A model generated the notes under the pieces. It had not been told where the DNA came from. It was given only the letters and a program-made list of their open reading frames with translations, and ran no database searches. Positions 47,728-57,490 of a stretch of DNA of 64,000 nucleotides are shown piece by piece. A program made the position numbers and the translations under genes. Position 1 is the first letter of the stretch, and every line of letters starts with the position of its first letter. The stretch is from an uncultured bacterium (GTDB lineage Bacteria > Omnitrophota > Omnitrophia > Omnitrophales > Aquincolibacteriaceae): contig CAZEFF010000005.1 of the NCBI GenBank assembly GCA_964511315.1, positions 159 through 64,158 on the forward strand. The letters are read 5' to 3'.

Positions 47728-47744
47728 ATGCAAAGACTATGCCA
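47728..47744 (-). promoter_or_regulatory. Sigma-54 (-24/-12) promoter upstream of glnB
   Basis: Minus strand reads TGGCAT-agtct-TTGCAT with exact GG-to-GC spacing of the RpoN consensus (TGGCACG-N4-TTGC). It lies about 20 nt upstream of the glnB ATG, with GGAG as SD. A sigma-54 activator gene is immediately upstream. Confidence 0.65.
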
Positions 47745-47844
47745 AAGGGTAAGTCTATAGGGACGCGGAGCCTAAAATGCTAGGGGAAAATATCGGAAGA
47801 AAACAAAAATGTAGCTTAGGAAAAACGAGGTTAATTTAGGCAGT

Positions 47845-49443
47845 TTAACTGGCGATACGGTATTTCTTGAGCTTATACCCCAATATCCGTTCCGTAATTC
47901 CTAGGGACTTTGAAGCTTTTCTCTGATTATTACTGGCTTGCCGCATGGCTTCTTCTATCATCTGTTTTTCGAGCGCCTCAACCGCATCCGGCAATTGCGC
48001 AGCGGCGGGAATAGAGGCCGACATGGCTTCAGGCTTTTCGGCAGCAACGACTTTGTTATTCTTTTTAACACCCGGGATTGGAAAAAGATCGGGGGTTAAA
48101 ATATCCGTCTTACAAAGCACAACTGCCCGCTCAATCGCGTTTTCGAGTTCCCGCACATTGCCCGGCCAGGAATAATTAAGAAGATACTGAATGGCTTCGT
48201 CTGAAAAGTATTTTACATTTTTCTTATTCGCGTTCGCGGCCTTCTGCAGAAAGTGATTGGCCAACGTCGGGATATCTTCATACCGCTCTTTAAGCGGCGG
48301 AAGAAATATGGGAATCACATTAAGGCGGTAATAAAGATCTTCCCGGAAATTCCCGGATTGAATCTCCGTTTCCAAATCCCGATTCGTCGCGGTAATTAAA
48401 CGGATATCCACGCGGATCGTCTGAGTTCCGCCAAGCCTTTCGAATTCTTTTTCCTGAAGCACACGCAGCAATTTCACCTGTGTACTGGCTGGAATGTCCC
48501 CGATTTCATCGAGAAAAAGGGTTCCGCCATGGGCCATTTCAAAACGCCCAATTTTAGTCGTGGCGGCTCCTGTAAAGGCTCCCTTCTCGTAACCAAAAAG
48601 CTCGCTTTCAAGAAGCGTATCTGGAAGGGCAGCGCAGGATACTTTAATGAAAGGCTTGTCCGCGCGGTCACTGGAGTAATGAATCGCGTGAGCCACCATT
48701 TCCTTTCCCGTCCCGCTTTCCCCGCGTAAAATAACCGTCGCGCTGGTTTTACTAATTTGTTCAATCGCGTCGTATACCTCAATAATACGTTTTGATTCGC
48801 CGATCATGTTCGCGGGATGAAATTTTTTCTTAAGCTCCTGTTTTAACAGGATATTTTCATTCTGAAGTTTTTCCTTCTCTTTTTCATAAAGCATATGAAT
48901 TCTGACTGTTTGAGCGACCATGGAACTGATGATCGTCAAAAGACGGATGTCTTCTTCGAACGAAATACTTTCGGAAAAAAGCCGATCGACGCTTAATGCG
49001 CCAATTGTTTTCTGGTCCAGTTTAATTGGAACGCAAATAAAAGATATATTTCCGCGCTTAATGTCTCCCCGCGCGCGCGTCCGGTTCAAAAAGAGCGGCT
49101 CGGTACCGACATTCGGCACAACAATCGGCTCTCCGGCAGCCACCACTTTGCCGGTGATTCCTTCTCCGACTCGGTAGCGCCCGCGCTCAATCTCAGACTT
49201 CGCGAGACCACGGGCCACTTCGATTTCTAATTGATTGGTTGTGCGGTCAAGCAGCGTAAGCGTCCCGCGCTCCATTCCCATCCGCTTATGAAGAATCTCC
49301 ATAATTTGAGACATCACGTATTCAAGATCGGTCGAAGAATTCATCGCTTTTGAAATTTCATAAAGCGTGGTCAGCTCATCAATTTTTCTTTGTGAGTTAG
49401 CAAGCGACTGTTGATTTGAATCTGAATTTTTCTTTAAGGTCAT
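47845..49443 (-). CDS. Sigma-54-dependent transcriptional activator with N-terminal GAF domain and C-terminal Fis-type HTH (NifA/NtrC-family enhancer-binding protein)
   Basis: 532 aa; GAF domain; AAA+ sigma-54 interaction domain with Walker A GESGTGKE and GAFTGA motif; C-terminal HTH ([19 protein letters not shown]). Confidence 0.88.
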   Translation of the reverse strand: MTLKKNSDSNQQSLANSQRKIDELTTLYEISKAMNSSTDLEYVMSQIMEILHKRMGMERGTLTLLDRTTNQLEIEVARGLAKSEIERGRYRVGEGITGKVVAAGEPIVVPNVGTEPLFLNRTRARGDIKRGNISFICVPIKLDQKTIGALSVDRLFSESISFEEDIRLLTIISSMVAQTVRIHMLYEKEKEKLQNENILLKQELKKKFHPANMIGESKRIIEVYDAIEQISKTSATVILRGESGTGKEMVAHAIHYSSDRADKPFIKVSCAALPDTLLESELFGYEKGAFTGAATTKIGRFEMAHGGTLFLDEIGDIPASTQVKLLRVLQEKEFERLGGTQTIRVDIRLITATNRDLETEIQSGNFREDLYYRLNVIPIFLPPLKERYEDIPTLANHFLQKAANANKKNVKYFSDEAIQYLLNYSWPGNVRELENAIERAVVLCKTDILTPDLFPIPGVKKNNKVVAAEKPEAMSASIPAAAQLPDAVEALEKQMIEEAMRQASNNQRKASKSLGITERILGYKLKKYRIAS

Positions 49444-50267
49444 AAAGACTGTCCATCCGCGACGCCGAATAAAGCGATTCCTTTGGCGTTGGCTTTGCTG
49501 ATAAATTCCTCCTGATCAATAAATAATGTTTTTCCAGCTTCAAACGCGAAGGCTTCGGCTTTCGCGTCAATCAGCTCTTTAAGCGTATTCAGTCCCACAG
49601 CGGGAACATCAAAACGCATATCTTGATTCGGCTTTGCGACCTTTACGACCGTAACTTTATTATTGCCCAAATATGCCCCGCGGCGGATTGCGTGATCGGT
49701 TCCTTCAATCGCCTCAACCGCAAGAATAGCTTTTTTCTTTACGACAACGGTTTGACCAATATCCAGACCCGCGATGGATTTTGCCATTTTAAAACCAAAA
49801 CGGATCTCCTCCATAATTTCTTTTGAGGGCTTTTTTTTGCCGAGCACGCCCGGCCCAGGGAGCGCATATTTCATTAAAAAGGTGGAGTCAAGAAGATCGA
49901 TTCCTTCGCCGTGCAAATAAGAAGCAATGCCGGCCAGCAAGGAATCATCTTTAAAATCCCTTGTCTTCATAATCACTTTTACCATTTCAAAATCAGGGCG
50001 GACGTTTTCCTGAAAAAGTCTGACTTTTTCGATCTTGCCCGCCATAATTGCTTCGTGGACACCCTCAGACTTAAAAAATTTTACCAGCTTTTTAAGCTCT
50101 CCGATTTTCGTCCATCGGAAGGAATCAGCCATTTTCTCAAGCGCCGGCTCAGCCTCTTGCTCAATTCCGCATACAGCGATCCTGTACCCCTGAGCGCGGG
50201 CTTCTTTGGCCGCGAGCACGGGAAAACGTCCGTTGCCGGCAATAATTCCGATTGTTTTATTCATCAT
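49440..50267 (-). CDS. lpxI: UDP-2,3-diacylglucosamine pyrophosphatase LpxI (DUF1009 family)
   Basis: 275 aa; N-terminus TIGIIAGNGRFPVLAAKEARAQG typical of LpxI; located directly after lpxA, as in lpxI-containing organisms; overlaps the next gene by 4 nt. Confidence 0.8.
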   Translation of the reverse strand: MMNKTIGIIAGNGRFPVLAAKEARAQGYRIAVCGIEQEAEPALEKMADSFRWTKIGELKKLVKFFKSEGVHEAIMAGKIEKVRLFQENVRPDFEMVKVIMKTRDFKDDSLLAGIASYLHGEGIDLLDSTFLMKYALPGPGVLGKKKPSKEIMEEIRFGFKMAKSIAGLDIGQTVVVKKKAILAVEAIEGTDHAIRRGAYLGNNKVTVVKVAKPNQDMRFDVPAVGLNTLKELIDAKAEAFAFEAGKTLFIDQEEFISKANAKGIALFGVADGQSL

Positions 50268-50295
50268 ATTTAAGCGAACTTTTAAAATTGAATTT

Positions 50296-51063
50296 TTAGC
50301 CGCAGATACCGCGCGGAGATTCCTGCAAAAAATTAACCAGGATATCTAAAGCCGGCGTTTTGGGGAGCTCCGCTTGAATTTGAGCGATCGCGCTTTTGAG
50401 CGAAAGTCCCGAGCGGAAAATAATCTTGAATGCTTTCTTTAGCGCGGCTTTTTCTTCTTTAGAAACGCCCGCGCGGTTTAATCCAACCGAGTTCAGGCCA
50501 AATGCTTCGGCCGGATGACCATCGACCATCATGTACGGCGGAACATCCTGAACAACTTTAGAGCAGCCTCCGATAATCGCCAGATGTCCAATATGCACAA
50601 ATTGATGAACACCTGTGAGTCCGCCAATAATTGCGGCGTCGTCCACCACAACATGCCCAGCAAGAGTGGCTGAATTCGCCAGAACAGTGTTGTTTTTAAC
50701 AATGCAGTCGTGTGCCACATGGCAGTAAGCCATCAGCAAATTATCATTCCCAATTACAGTTTCTGTCCCCGGCTTGGTACCGGGATTAATCGTGACATAT
50801 TCACGAATTTTATTCCGGCTGCCGATTTTAAGATAACTAATCCCCCCTTCAAATTTTTTGTCTTGGGTACGGCTCCCAATCACAGCACCGGTAAAAATTT
50901 CATTTTCCGCACCAATAATGGTATTACCTTCAATGGTCGCGCGGGGTCCTACAATAGTCCCGGGACCGATTTTTACCGGTCCGGAGATAATCGCGTAGGG
51001 CCCCACCTGAACATCTTCAGCCAGTTCAGCGATCGGATCAACAATCGCTGTCGGATGGATCAT
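50296..51063 (-). CDS. lpxA: UDP-N-acetylglucosamine O-acyltransferase LpxA
   Basis: Start MIHPTAIVDP at 51063 (TGATG overlap with the lpxC/fabZ stop); left-handed beta-helix hexapeptide repeats; C-terminal helical domain. Confidence 0.9.
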   Translation of the reverse strand: MIHPTAIVDPIAELAEDVQVGPYAIISGPVKIGPGTIVGPRATIEGNTIIGAENEIFTGAVIGSRTQDKKFEGGISYLKIGSRNKIREYVTINPGTKPGTETVIGNDNLLMAYCHVAHDCIVKNNTVLANSATLAGHVVVDDAAIIGGLTGVHQFVHIGHLAIIGGCSKVVQDVPPYMMVDGHPAEAFGLNSVGLNRAGVSKEEKAALKKAFKIIFRSGLSLKSAIAQIQAELPKTPALDILVNFLQESPRGICG

Positions 51064-52352
51064 CAACGATCCACGACTGCGAACTTCACTTCCGCTTCGC
51101 ATACAAGCTTTTCTCCCACATAAGCGCGTCCCGAACATTGTCCGGTTTTCGCGCGGATTTTCGTGACCTCGACTTCCATGCGGAGCTCGTCGCCGGGAAG
51201 TACGGGTTGACGGAATTTCGCGAAATCAATGCTCATAAAATAAGCGATTTTGTTCCGATTTTCAGGCTTGCTGAGCATAATCACACCGCCGACTTGCGCC
51301 ATGGCCTCAATAATCAGAACCCCAGGCATCACCGGATGTCCGGGAAAGTGGCCTTGAAAAAAGTAATCATTCATAGTCACTTGTTTGAATCCGACAGCTT
51401 TGACGCCGGGTTCAAAATTCTCAATCCGGTCCACAAATAAAAATGGATAACGGTGCGGAATAATTTTTTGAATAATTTCCGCATTTAAAACAGCCGGCAG
51501 CGGAGAAGGCAGAAGATCATCTTGTTGTTGGCTCATGGCTAGTTTCCTCACAAATTCAAGATTTAAGGCATGCCCGCTTCGCGTAGCGATCACATGCCCT
51601 TTGATAAAACCGCCGACCAAAAACAGATCCCCGAGGAGATCGAGAATTTTATGGCGGCAGGCCTCATCCTCAAAACGAAGCTTGTTTTGGATAGGTTCAT
51701 TTTTTTCAAAAACGAGAGTGTTGGAAAGATTCGCGCCTTGTCCAAAACCCTGGGCTAAAAGAGCCTCGGCTTCCTGCTTCAAGCAAAAAGTCCTAGCCGG
51801 GGCCAGATCCCGTTCGAAAATTTCAGGCAGGATCGTCATGGTCAAAAACTGATCCTTCAAATCTTCATGCCGATAACTGAGCATGTAGGAAATCATCAGA
51901 TTCGGCGCGGGAAGAATGATCAAAGACTGATCACCGCGGTCAATAAAAACAGGCTTCTCCACGGTCAAATAACGCCGTACGGCTTCCTGCTCGAGCAATC
52001 CTACTTTTAAAATTGCTTCAACATACCCCGCCGAGCTTCCATCCATACCCGGAAGCTCCTCGCCGTCAACTTCCACATAAACATTATCAACACCAAGGCC
52101 GTGAAAAACGGCCATCAAGTGTTCGATCGTGCGGATTCGGCCGGCCCCAACTTTAAGGGCCGTCTGGCGCATTTCATCAGATGAAACCTGATCGGAAGCT
52201 GCTTTAACCTTAATCGAAGGGTCAAGATCTACCCTCGAAAAAACAATTCCGGCATTTGGTTCGGCGGGACAAATACGAAGCTTGGCTAGACGCCCCGTGT
52301 GAAGGCCTTGCCCTTCAAACGAAATTGGTTCGCGAAGCGTTCTTTGCTTCAT
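51063..52352 (-). CDS. Bifunctional LpxC-FabZ fusion (UDP-3-O-acyl-GlcNAc deacetylase plus 3-hydroxyacyl-ACP dehydratase)
   Basis: 429 aa; N-terminal LpxC (ISFEGQGLHTGRLAKLRICPAEPNAGIVF, HxxxD Zn site); C-terminal FabZ hot-dog (PHRYPFLFVDRI...HFPGHPVMPGVLIIEAMAQ). Confidence 0.9.
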   Translation of the reverse strand: MKQRTLREPISFEGQGLHTGRLAKLRICPAEPNAGIVFSRVDLDPSIKVKAASDQVSSDEMRQTALKVGAGRIRTIEHLMAVFHGLGVDNVYVEVDGEELPGMDGSSAGYVEAILKVGLLEQEAVRRYLTVEKPVFIDRGDQSLIILPAPNLMISYMLSYRHEDLKDQFLTMTILPEIFERDLAPARTFCLKQEAEALLAQGFGQGANLSNTLVFEKNEPIQNKLRFEDEACRHKILDLLGDLFLVGGFIKGHVIATRSGHALNLEFVRKLAMSQQQDDLLPSPLPAVLNAEIIQKIIPHRYPFLFVDRIENFEPGVKAVGFKQVTMNDYFFQGHFPGHPVMPGVLIIEAMAQVGGVIMLSKPENRNKIAYFMSIDFAKFRQPVLPGDELRMEVEVTKIRAKTGQCSGRAYVGEKLVCEAEVKFAVVDR

Positions 52353-52879
52353 TATTTCTTTTTAGCCGCGTAACTCTTATTGATTTCCGCGAGGATTTCA
52401 TTGGTTACGTCATATTGATTTTTATGAAATACGAAAGACCGTTCATTGAAGATGTAGTCATAACCTTTCGCGGTTCCAAACTTCTGGACTTCATCATCAA
52501 TATCTTTAAAAATTTCACGTACTACTTTATTGCGGGCTTCACCCAAGGTTTGCTTGGCGCCTTGATCAAATTGAGCAAGCTGACGGAGCTTACCTTCCAA
52601 AACTTCCTGTTTTTTAGCGCGCGCGTCTTCTTTCAAAAGCGCGAGTTCGTCTTTCATTTGGCGGATTTCGTGAACCATTGAATCCCGCTCACCTTCTTTT
52701 TTCTTTCCCGCTTCCTGAAGAACGCGGTCATTGTCTTTGGTTTTTTGATATCCGTCAAAAATCTTAGCGACATCGACATAAGCGACCTTTAATGGCTCAC
52801 CCTGCGCCATAAGCCCAGGAACCCCGATTAAAGATAATACCGCGGTAAACACAGCAATACTTTTTAAAAAATGCTTCAT
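52352..52879 (-). CDS. skp: Periplasmic chaperone Skp (OmpH)
   Basis: 175 aa; signal peptide, KVAYVD...IF N-terminal motif, long Lys/Glu-rich coiled-coil tentacle; immediately downstream of bamA. Confidence 0.85.
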   Translation of the reverse strand: MKHFLKSIAVFTAVLSLIGVPGLMAQGEPLKVAYVDVAKIFDGYQKTKDNDRVLQEAGKKKEGERDSMVHEIRQMKDELALLKEDARAKKQEVLEGKLRQLAQFDQGAKQTLGEARNKVVREIFKDIDDEVQKFGTAKGYDYIFNERSFVFHKNQYDVTNEILAEINKSYAAKKK

Positions 52880-52929
52880 TTTATTTTTTTCTCCTCTTCT
52901 GTTTTTGAAATAAGATTAATCAGTCTCGA

Positions 52930-55287
52930 TTAGAACCCACGGCTCAAACTAAACTCAAATCTTCCGTTCTTGTCTTCTGTGTCTTTATTGGCAATTGGGT
53001 ATCCATAATAGAATGCGAGCGGACCCAGCGGGGTTTTGATTTTCATACCCGGACCAACACTTGTGGCAAATTTTCCAAAATCAATATTGTAGGAATCACT
53101 ATTCACATGTCCAGTATCAATGAAGACCGCGCCGCGAAATGCGTCAAGTTTCCAAATGGGAAATGTATATTCAAGGTTTGCAACAGCGATGGTTTGACCG
53201 CCGACCGAGTTACCCGCTTCAATCGGGCTAACACGGTAATAGTTGTAACCGCGCACGGAACCCAATCCGCCGGCATAGAACCGGTCAAAGACAGGAACTT
53301 CATCGCTATCACCTAATTCATTCGATGCGCCTAATTTCAGCTGAAGCTCAAGCAAATGCTTTTTGAAGAAGGTCCAATATTGGGATCCGGTTGTTTGTAA
53401 GATATAGTAATCCTGCTCACCGCCTAAAAATGTTCCTATCAATTCTCCGCTGGCAGTAACCAAGTGTCCTTTTCCGGGATTAAATACATTGTCACGAGTA
53501 TCCCAGCTGGTAAATGTTTTAAGCCTAGAAAGCCAGTTTGCGCCGTCGAACTTCCGCACTGTTTCCGGTGCGTCATCGGATATTTCATCCAGCTTAACAC
53601 GCTCTAATGTGTAACCTGATCCGACACGGAAGACATCACGGAATAATTTCGAAACGGTGTTACTCACGCCAAGCCGGTTTTGGTTATAGTCGACAGCTTT
53701 AATATCGCGGTAATTATTGTAAAGATCGAGCCCATAAGTCACAGGTTTATTGAAAACATAAGGCTCCACAAAACTGAAATTAAAATCCCGGCTGATTGAT
53801 CCAATGCGGGCCCGCAAAGATACGGATTGGCCGCCGCCGGTAAAACGCGGCCAATTTGTAATATCAAAATTTTTCTGGGCAAGTTCACCGAAAGCAAGGA
53901 ACCGATCAATTGAACTGACGCCGCCGCCGAATGAAAGTTCACCGGTACGTTTTTCTTTGACGCGGAAAATAAGATCGCGGCGATTCGAAGCGGAGGCAGG
54001 CTCTGTATCATAAGTAATATCTTCAAAGTAGCCGAGATTCTCCAAACGCTGTTTGGATTTATCGATTTTTTCACCGTCGAATTTTTCGCCTGGACGGATG
54101 CGCAGCTCGCGGCGGATCACGATATCTTTTGTTTTGGTGTTCCCGCGGATAATAACCTTCTCAACAAAATACAAATCACCTTCCTGGATTTGGTACGTGA
54201 TATCCACCTTGCCGTTTTCTTTATTTAACCGGATATCAGGAATAATACGGGCATCCATGTAGCCGCGGTGATGATAATATGTCCGTATTTTCTCAACATC
54301 TTTTGAAAGGTAGTATTGGGAATAGGTCTGACCGGGAAGCATTTCAAGCTCTTGCCAAACTTCAGATTCTGGAAATAATTTATTCCCTTCAATTTTAATG
54401 TCTCCGGCAATATAGTGCTTCCCCTCTTCAATCAGTACCGTGATAAAAATCCAACGGCCTTCTTTATCATATTCAAATTCAGGGGCAACTTTCACATCTA
54501 AATAACCTTCCTGCTGATAGAAAAGCTGTACCTTTTCGAGATCTTTTTGAAACAGATCTTCTTTAAAAACACCCGAGTGGAAAGGAAATCCCTTTTTACG
54601 CGTCCGCATCAGGCGGATTAACTTTTTAGAGGCGAAGGCCTTGTTTCCGTCAAAGCGCACATCTTTAATCTTGTATTTAACACCCTCATTAATTTCAACT
54701 GTAACAGCAGCTTCCTTTGTTTGATGGTTAATATCCATTTTGGAATCAACACTGACGAAGCGGTAGCCTTTGCCGTTATACAGCTTGCGGATCGCTTCAA
54801 TCCCCTGCTTAATAGCTTTTTCATCGAGGATCTGTCCTTCGAGAACCTTAAATTCTTTACGGAGTTTCTCCTCTTTAAAAACGCTGAAACCTGTAAATAT
54901 AATTTCATGAACAACGGGCTTCTCAACCACTTCAACAACGAGCTTATAGCCCTCTTTAACCTCTTCAAGTTCCATGCGGATATCTTCGAAATAATTGGTG
55001 GCATAGAGACGCTTCAAATCATCATTTACCGTTTCCTGTACAAGATTAATGCCTTCGCGGGTTCTCAGCTTACTTAAAATCGTATTGGTGCTGACAATTT
55101 GATTGCCGCGGATTTCGACTTCAGCGATTTTATTTGGATGCGCCGGAGAAGACGGTTGAGGAGCGGGAACTGGCGCGGCGGCTTCTTCTTTTACGGGCTG
55201 TTCGGATTTCTGATCTTCTGAAAATGCGGGTACGGCAAATAGCACAACCGCGAAGGCAGCCCAGAGAAAAATCAAACGCTTTTTCAT
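52930..55287 (-). CDS. bamA: Outer membrane protein assembly factor BamA
   Basis: 785 aa; signal peptide, five POTRA repeats, C-terminal 16-strand beta-barrel ending in an aromatic residue. Confidence 0.9.
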   Translation of the reverse strand: MKKRLIFLWAAFAVVLFAVPAFSEDQKSEQPVKEEAAAPVPAPQPSSPAHPNKIAEVEIRGNQIVSTNTILSKLRTREGINLVQETVNDDLKRLYATNYFEDIRMELEEVKEGYKLVVEVVEKPVVHEIIFTGFSVFKEEKLRKEFKVLEGQILDEKAIKQGIEAIRKLYNGKGYRFVSVDSKMDINHQTKEAAVTVEINEGVKYKIKDVRFDGNKAFASKKLIRLMRTRKKGFPFHSGVFKEDLFQKDLEKVQLFYQQEGYLDVKVAPEFEYDKEGRWIFITVLIEEGKHYIAGDIKIEGNKLFPESEVWQELEMLPGQTYSQYYLSKDVEKIRTYYHHRGYMDARIIPDIRLNKENGKVDITYQIQEGDLYFVEKVIIRGNTKTKDIVIRRELRIRPGEKFDGEKIDKSKQRLENLGYFEDITYDTEPASASNRRDLIFRVKEKRTGELSFGGGVSSIDRFLAFGELAQKNFDITNWPRFTGGGQSVSLRARIGSISRDFNFSFVEPYVFNKPVTYGLDLYNNYRDIKAVDYNQNRLGVSNTVSKLFRDVFRVGSGYTLERVKLDEISDDAPETVRKFDGANWLSRLKTFTSWDTRDNVFNPGKGHLVTASGELIGTFLGGEQDYYILQTTGSQYWTFFKKHLLELQLKLGASNELGDSDEVPVFDRFYAGGLGSVRGYNYYRVSPIEAGNSVGGQTIAVANLEYTFPIWKLDAFRGAVFIDTGHVNSDSYNIDFGKFATSVGPGMKIKTPLGPLAFYYGYPIANKDTEDKNGRFEFSLSRGF

Positions 55288-56651
55288 GCAGCTTCTCCTT
55301 CAGGGTGATGCCCCTCAGGATTTTCGAAACGCGTCCAGTCTTTAAGGAAAAGAAGCTCGACCGATCCAATAGGACCATTACGCTGTTTCGCGATGATCGC
55401 TTCAGCTTTGTTCCGGTTTTCTTCCGTAGGATTGTAATATTCTTCTCTAAAGAGGAAGACAACAACGTCGGCATCCTGTTCAATCGCTCCCGATTCACGT
55501 AAATCTGAAAGCTGAGGCCGATTTCCCGTACGGCTTTCAACCGCGCGGGAGAGCTGACTGACGGCGATCACAGGAACGCGAAGTTCGCGCGCAAGAGCTT
55601 TAAGCGAACGCGAAATTTCAGATATTTCTTGCTGACGGCTTTCGGCGCGGCCGACGCCCTGCATCAGCTGCATATAGTCAACCACAACAAGCTTGATATC
55701 ATGCTGCATTTTTAAGCGGCGCGCTTTCGCCCGGACTTCAAGAACCGTTTGCCCCGGCGTATCGTCAATAAAAATAGAAGACTCTGAAAGTTTGCCGGCA
55801 GCGCTCGTAAGTTTCGGCCAATCTTGATGCGACAGATAACCTGTTCTCACTTTTTGCGCGTCTACCCGCGCAAGTGAGCACAGCATACGCTGCGTCAGCT
55901 GTTCTTTACTCATTTCGAGTGAGAAAAACGCGACTCCCTGTTTATTCGTAACCCCCACACTTTCGCAAAGTGCGCCAACAAAAGCTGATTTTCCCATTGA
56001 GGGGCGCCCGGCCACGATAATTAAATCAGACGGCTGAAGTCCCGCGGTTTTTGTATCAAAATCATAAAACCCAGTGGAAAGCCCCGTGACATGCTGTTTA
56101 CGCTGATACAGCTGATCGATGGTTTCCATGCTGTCATGAATAATTTCCTTCATGGAAAAAAACTTGCCCTCAATCCGGTGCTGACTAAGATCGAAAATCA
56201 TTTTTTCGGCTTCGTCGAGAACCCCCTGCACTTCACCCGTTGCTTCAAAACAGCGCTGAACAATATGCGTGGAATTTTGGATAAGGCCGCGCAGCAGGGC
56301 TTTTTCTTTGACAATATGCGCGTAATGCTCGACGTGTGCCGCGGTAGGCACTGCGGCCGTAAGCTGAGTGATATAGCTGACCCCGCCGACTTCTTCAAGC
56401 TGTTTGCGGGTTTTTAACTCTTCAGAAACAGTGACAAGATCAATTGGCTTGTTCTTTTCAAACAATCCAACGACAGCGGAAAAGATTTTGCGGTGGTTAT
56501 CATCATAGAAAAATTCAGGACGGAGAATTTCAACCGCACGGATGAGGGCGTTTTCTTCAAACAGCATCGCCCCTAAAACGCTCATTTCAGCATCGCGGCT
56601 TTGGGGAGGAATCTTTTCGAGAAGATTGATTGAGCTGTCGGAACCAGGCAC
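55284..56651 (-). CDS. dnaB: Replicative DNA helicase DnaB
   Basis: 455 aa; N-terminal primase-interaction domain, RecA-like domain with Walker A GRPSMGKSAF; stop overlaps the bamA start (4 nt). Confidence 0.92.
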   Translation of the reverse strand: MPGSDSSINLLEKIPPQSRDAEMSVLGAMLFEENALIRAVEILRPEFFYDDNHRKIFSAVVGLFEKNKPIDLVTVSEELKTRKQLEEVGGVSYITQLTAAVPTAAHVEHYAHIVKEKALLRGLIQNSTHIVQRCFEATGEVQGVLDEAEKMIFDLSQHRIEGKFFSMKEIIHDSMETIDQLYQRKQHVTGLSTGFYDFDTKTAGLQPSDLIIVAGRPSMGKSAFVGALCESVGVTNKQGVAFFSLEMSKEQLTQRMLCSLARVDAQKVRTGYLSHQDWPKLTSAAGKLSESSIFIDDTPGQTVLEVRAKARRLKMQHDIKLVVVDYMQLMQGVGRAESRQQEISEISRSLKALARELRVPVIAVSQLSRAVESRTGNRPQLSDLRESGAIEQDADVVVFLFREEYYNPTEENRNKAEAIIAKQRNGPIGSVELLFLKDWTRFENPEGHHPEGEAA

Positions 56652-56677
56652 AGATTTTTCCCGATTAAAAAACGGAT

Positions 56678-57124
56678 TTAATTTTTACGGACAACATCAA
56701 CCGTGACAGTCGCTTTAACTTGCGAAAAAATTTCAACCGTCACAGGGTAGGAACCTAACGAGCGAATGGACTCTTTCAAATGCACGTGCTTCTTATCAAA
56801 CGCGTGTCCCTTTTGGGCAAGCGCCTGGGCAATGTCTTCCGCTGTAACAGAACCAAACAGCTTATCCTGCTCACCCGCCTGCGCTTCGATTTTCAGTTTC
56901 AGGCTATTCAGCTTTTCAGCCACTTTCTCAGCCTGAGCCACTTCTTTTTCATGGCGCTTGGTAGAACGAATTTTTTGTTCAGCCACAAACTCCTGATTCG
57001 CCCGGGTACTGGGAATCGCGGAATTTTGAGGGATTAAAAAATTGCGGGCAAAACCATCACGGACTTTTACCACGTCCCCTTTGCGCCCAACATGAATGAC
57101 ATCTTTAGTTAAAATAATTTCCAT
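56678..57124 (-). CDS. rplI: 50S ribosomal protein L9
   Basis: Start MEIILTKDV at 57124 with AGGAGA RBS (the ORF-track extension to 57217 is spurious); L9 N- and C-domains. Confidence 0.9.
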   Translation of the reverse strand: MEIILTKDVIHVGRKGDVVKVRDGFARNFLIPQNSAIPSTRANQEFVAEQKIRSTKRHEKEVAQAEKVAEKLNSLKLKIEAQAGEQDKLFGSVTAEDIAQALAQKGHAFDKKHVHLKESIRSLGSYPVTVEIFSQVKATVTVDVVRKN

Positions 57125-57135
57125 GGAAATTCTCC

Positions 57136-57459
57136 TTAATCGATCTGGAAAGCCACCAGCGCGGCATGACGTGCTTTTTTTACCGCACGCGTTAATTTGC
57201 GCTGACACTTGGCACAATTGCCGGTAATCCGGCGAGGAATAATTTTGCCTTTTTCGGTAAGAAACCGTTTAATTTTTTCAATATCGCGGTAATCCACATC
57301 GACCGCTTTTTCAGTGCAAAAACGGCAGACTTTTTTTTGGAAGAATCGTCCGCCGCGTTCACCGCCGCCGAACTTTCCTTCACGGCGCTTATCGCCGAAT
57401 TTTCCGGCAGGTTTTCTTCCGCCGCCGCCATATTTTCTTTCGCCTTGTGGCTTCATCAT
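57136..57459 (-). CDS. rpsR: 30S ribosomal protein S18 with about 37-aa Gly/Arg/Lys-rich N-terminal extension
   Basis: Core FFQKKVCRFCTEK...ITGNCAKCQRKLTRAVKKAR matches S18. Preceded in frame by MMKPQGERKYGGGGRKPAGKFGDKRREGKFGGGERGG; AAGGAG RBS before the ATG at 57459. Confidence 0.88.
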   Translation of the reverse strand: MMKPQGERKYGGGGRKPAGKFGDKRREGKFGGGERGGRFFQKKVCRFCTEKAVDVDYRDIEKIKRFLTEKGKIIPRRITGNCAKCQRKLTRAVKKARHAALVAFQID

Positions 57460-57490
57460 AAATTCCTAAACTCCTTCTTGCTTGATTAGA

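Noticed and set aside
56678-57217. Extended N-termini in the ORF track for rplI (to 57217), hom (to 40021), lpxA (to 51138), glnN (to 47176), the receiver protein (to 27060) and YdbL (from 25265)
   Set aside because: Each extension overlaps the upstream gene or lacks an RBS, whereas an internal ATG with a good SD and a family-typical N-terminus is present. I used the shorter coordinates.
57192-57431. 79-aa alternative-frame ORF within rpsR
   Set aside because: Same strand but a different frame from the conserved S18 core; a product of the Gly/Arg-rich repeat-coding DNA.
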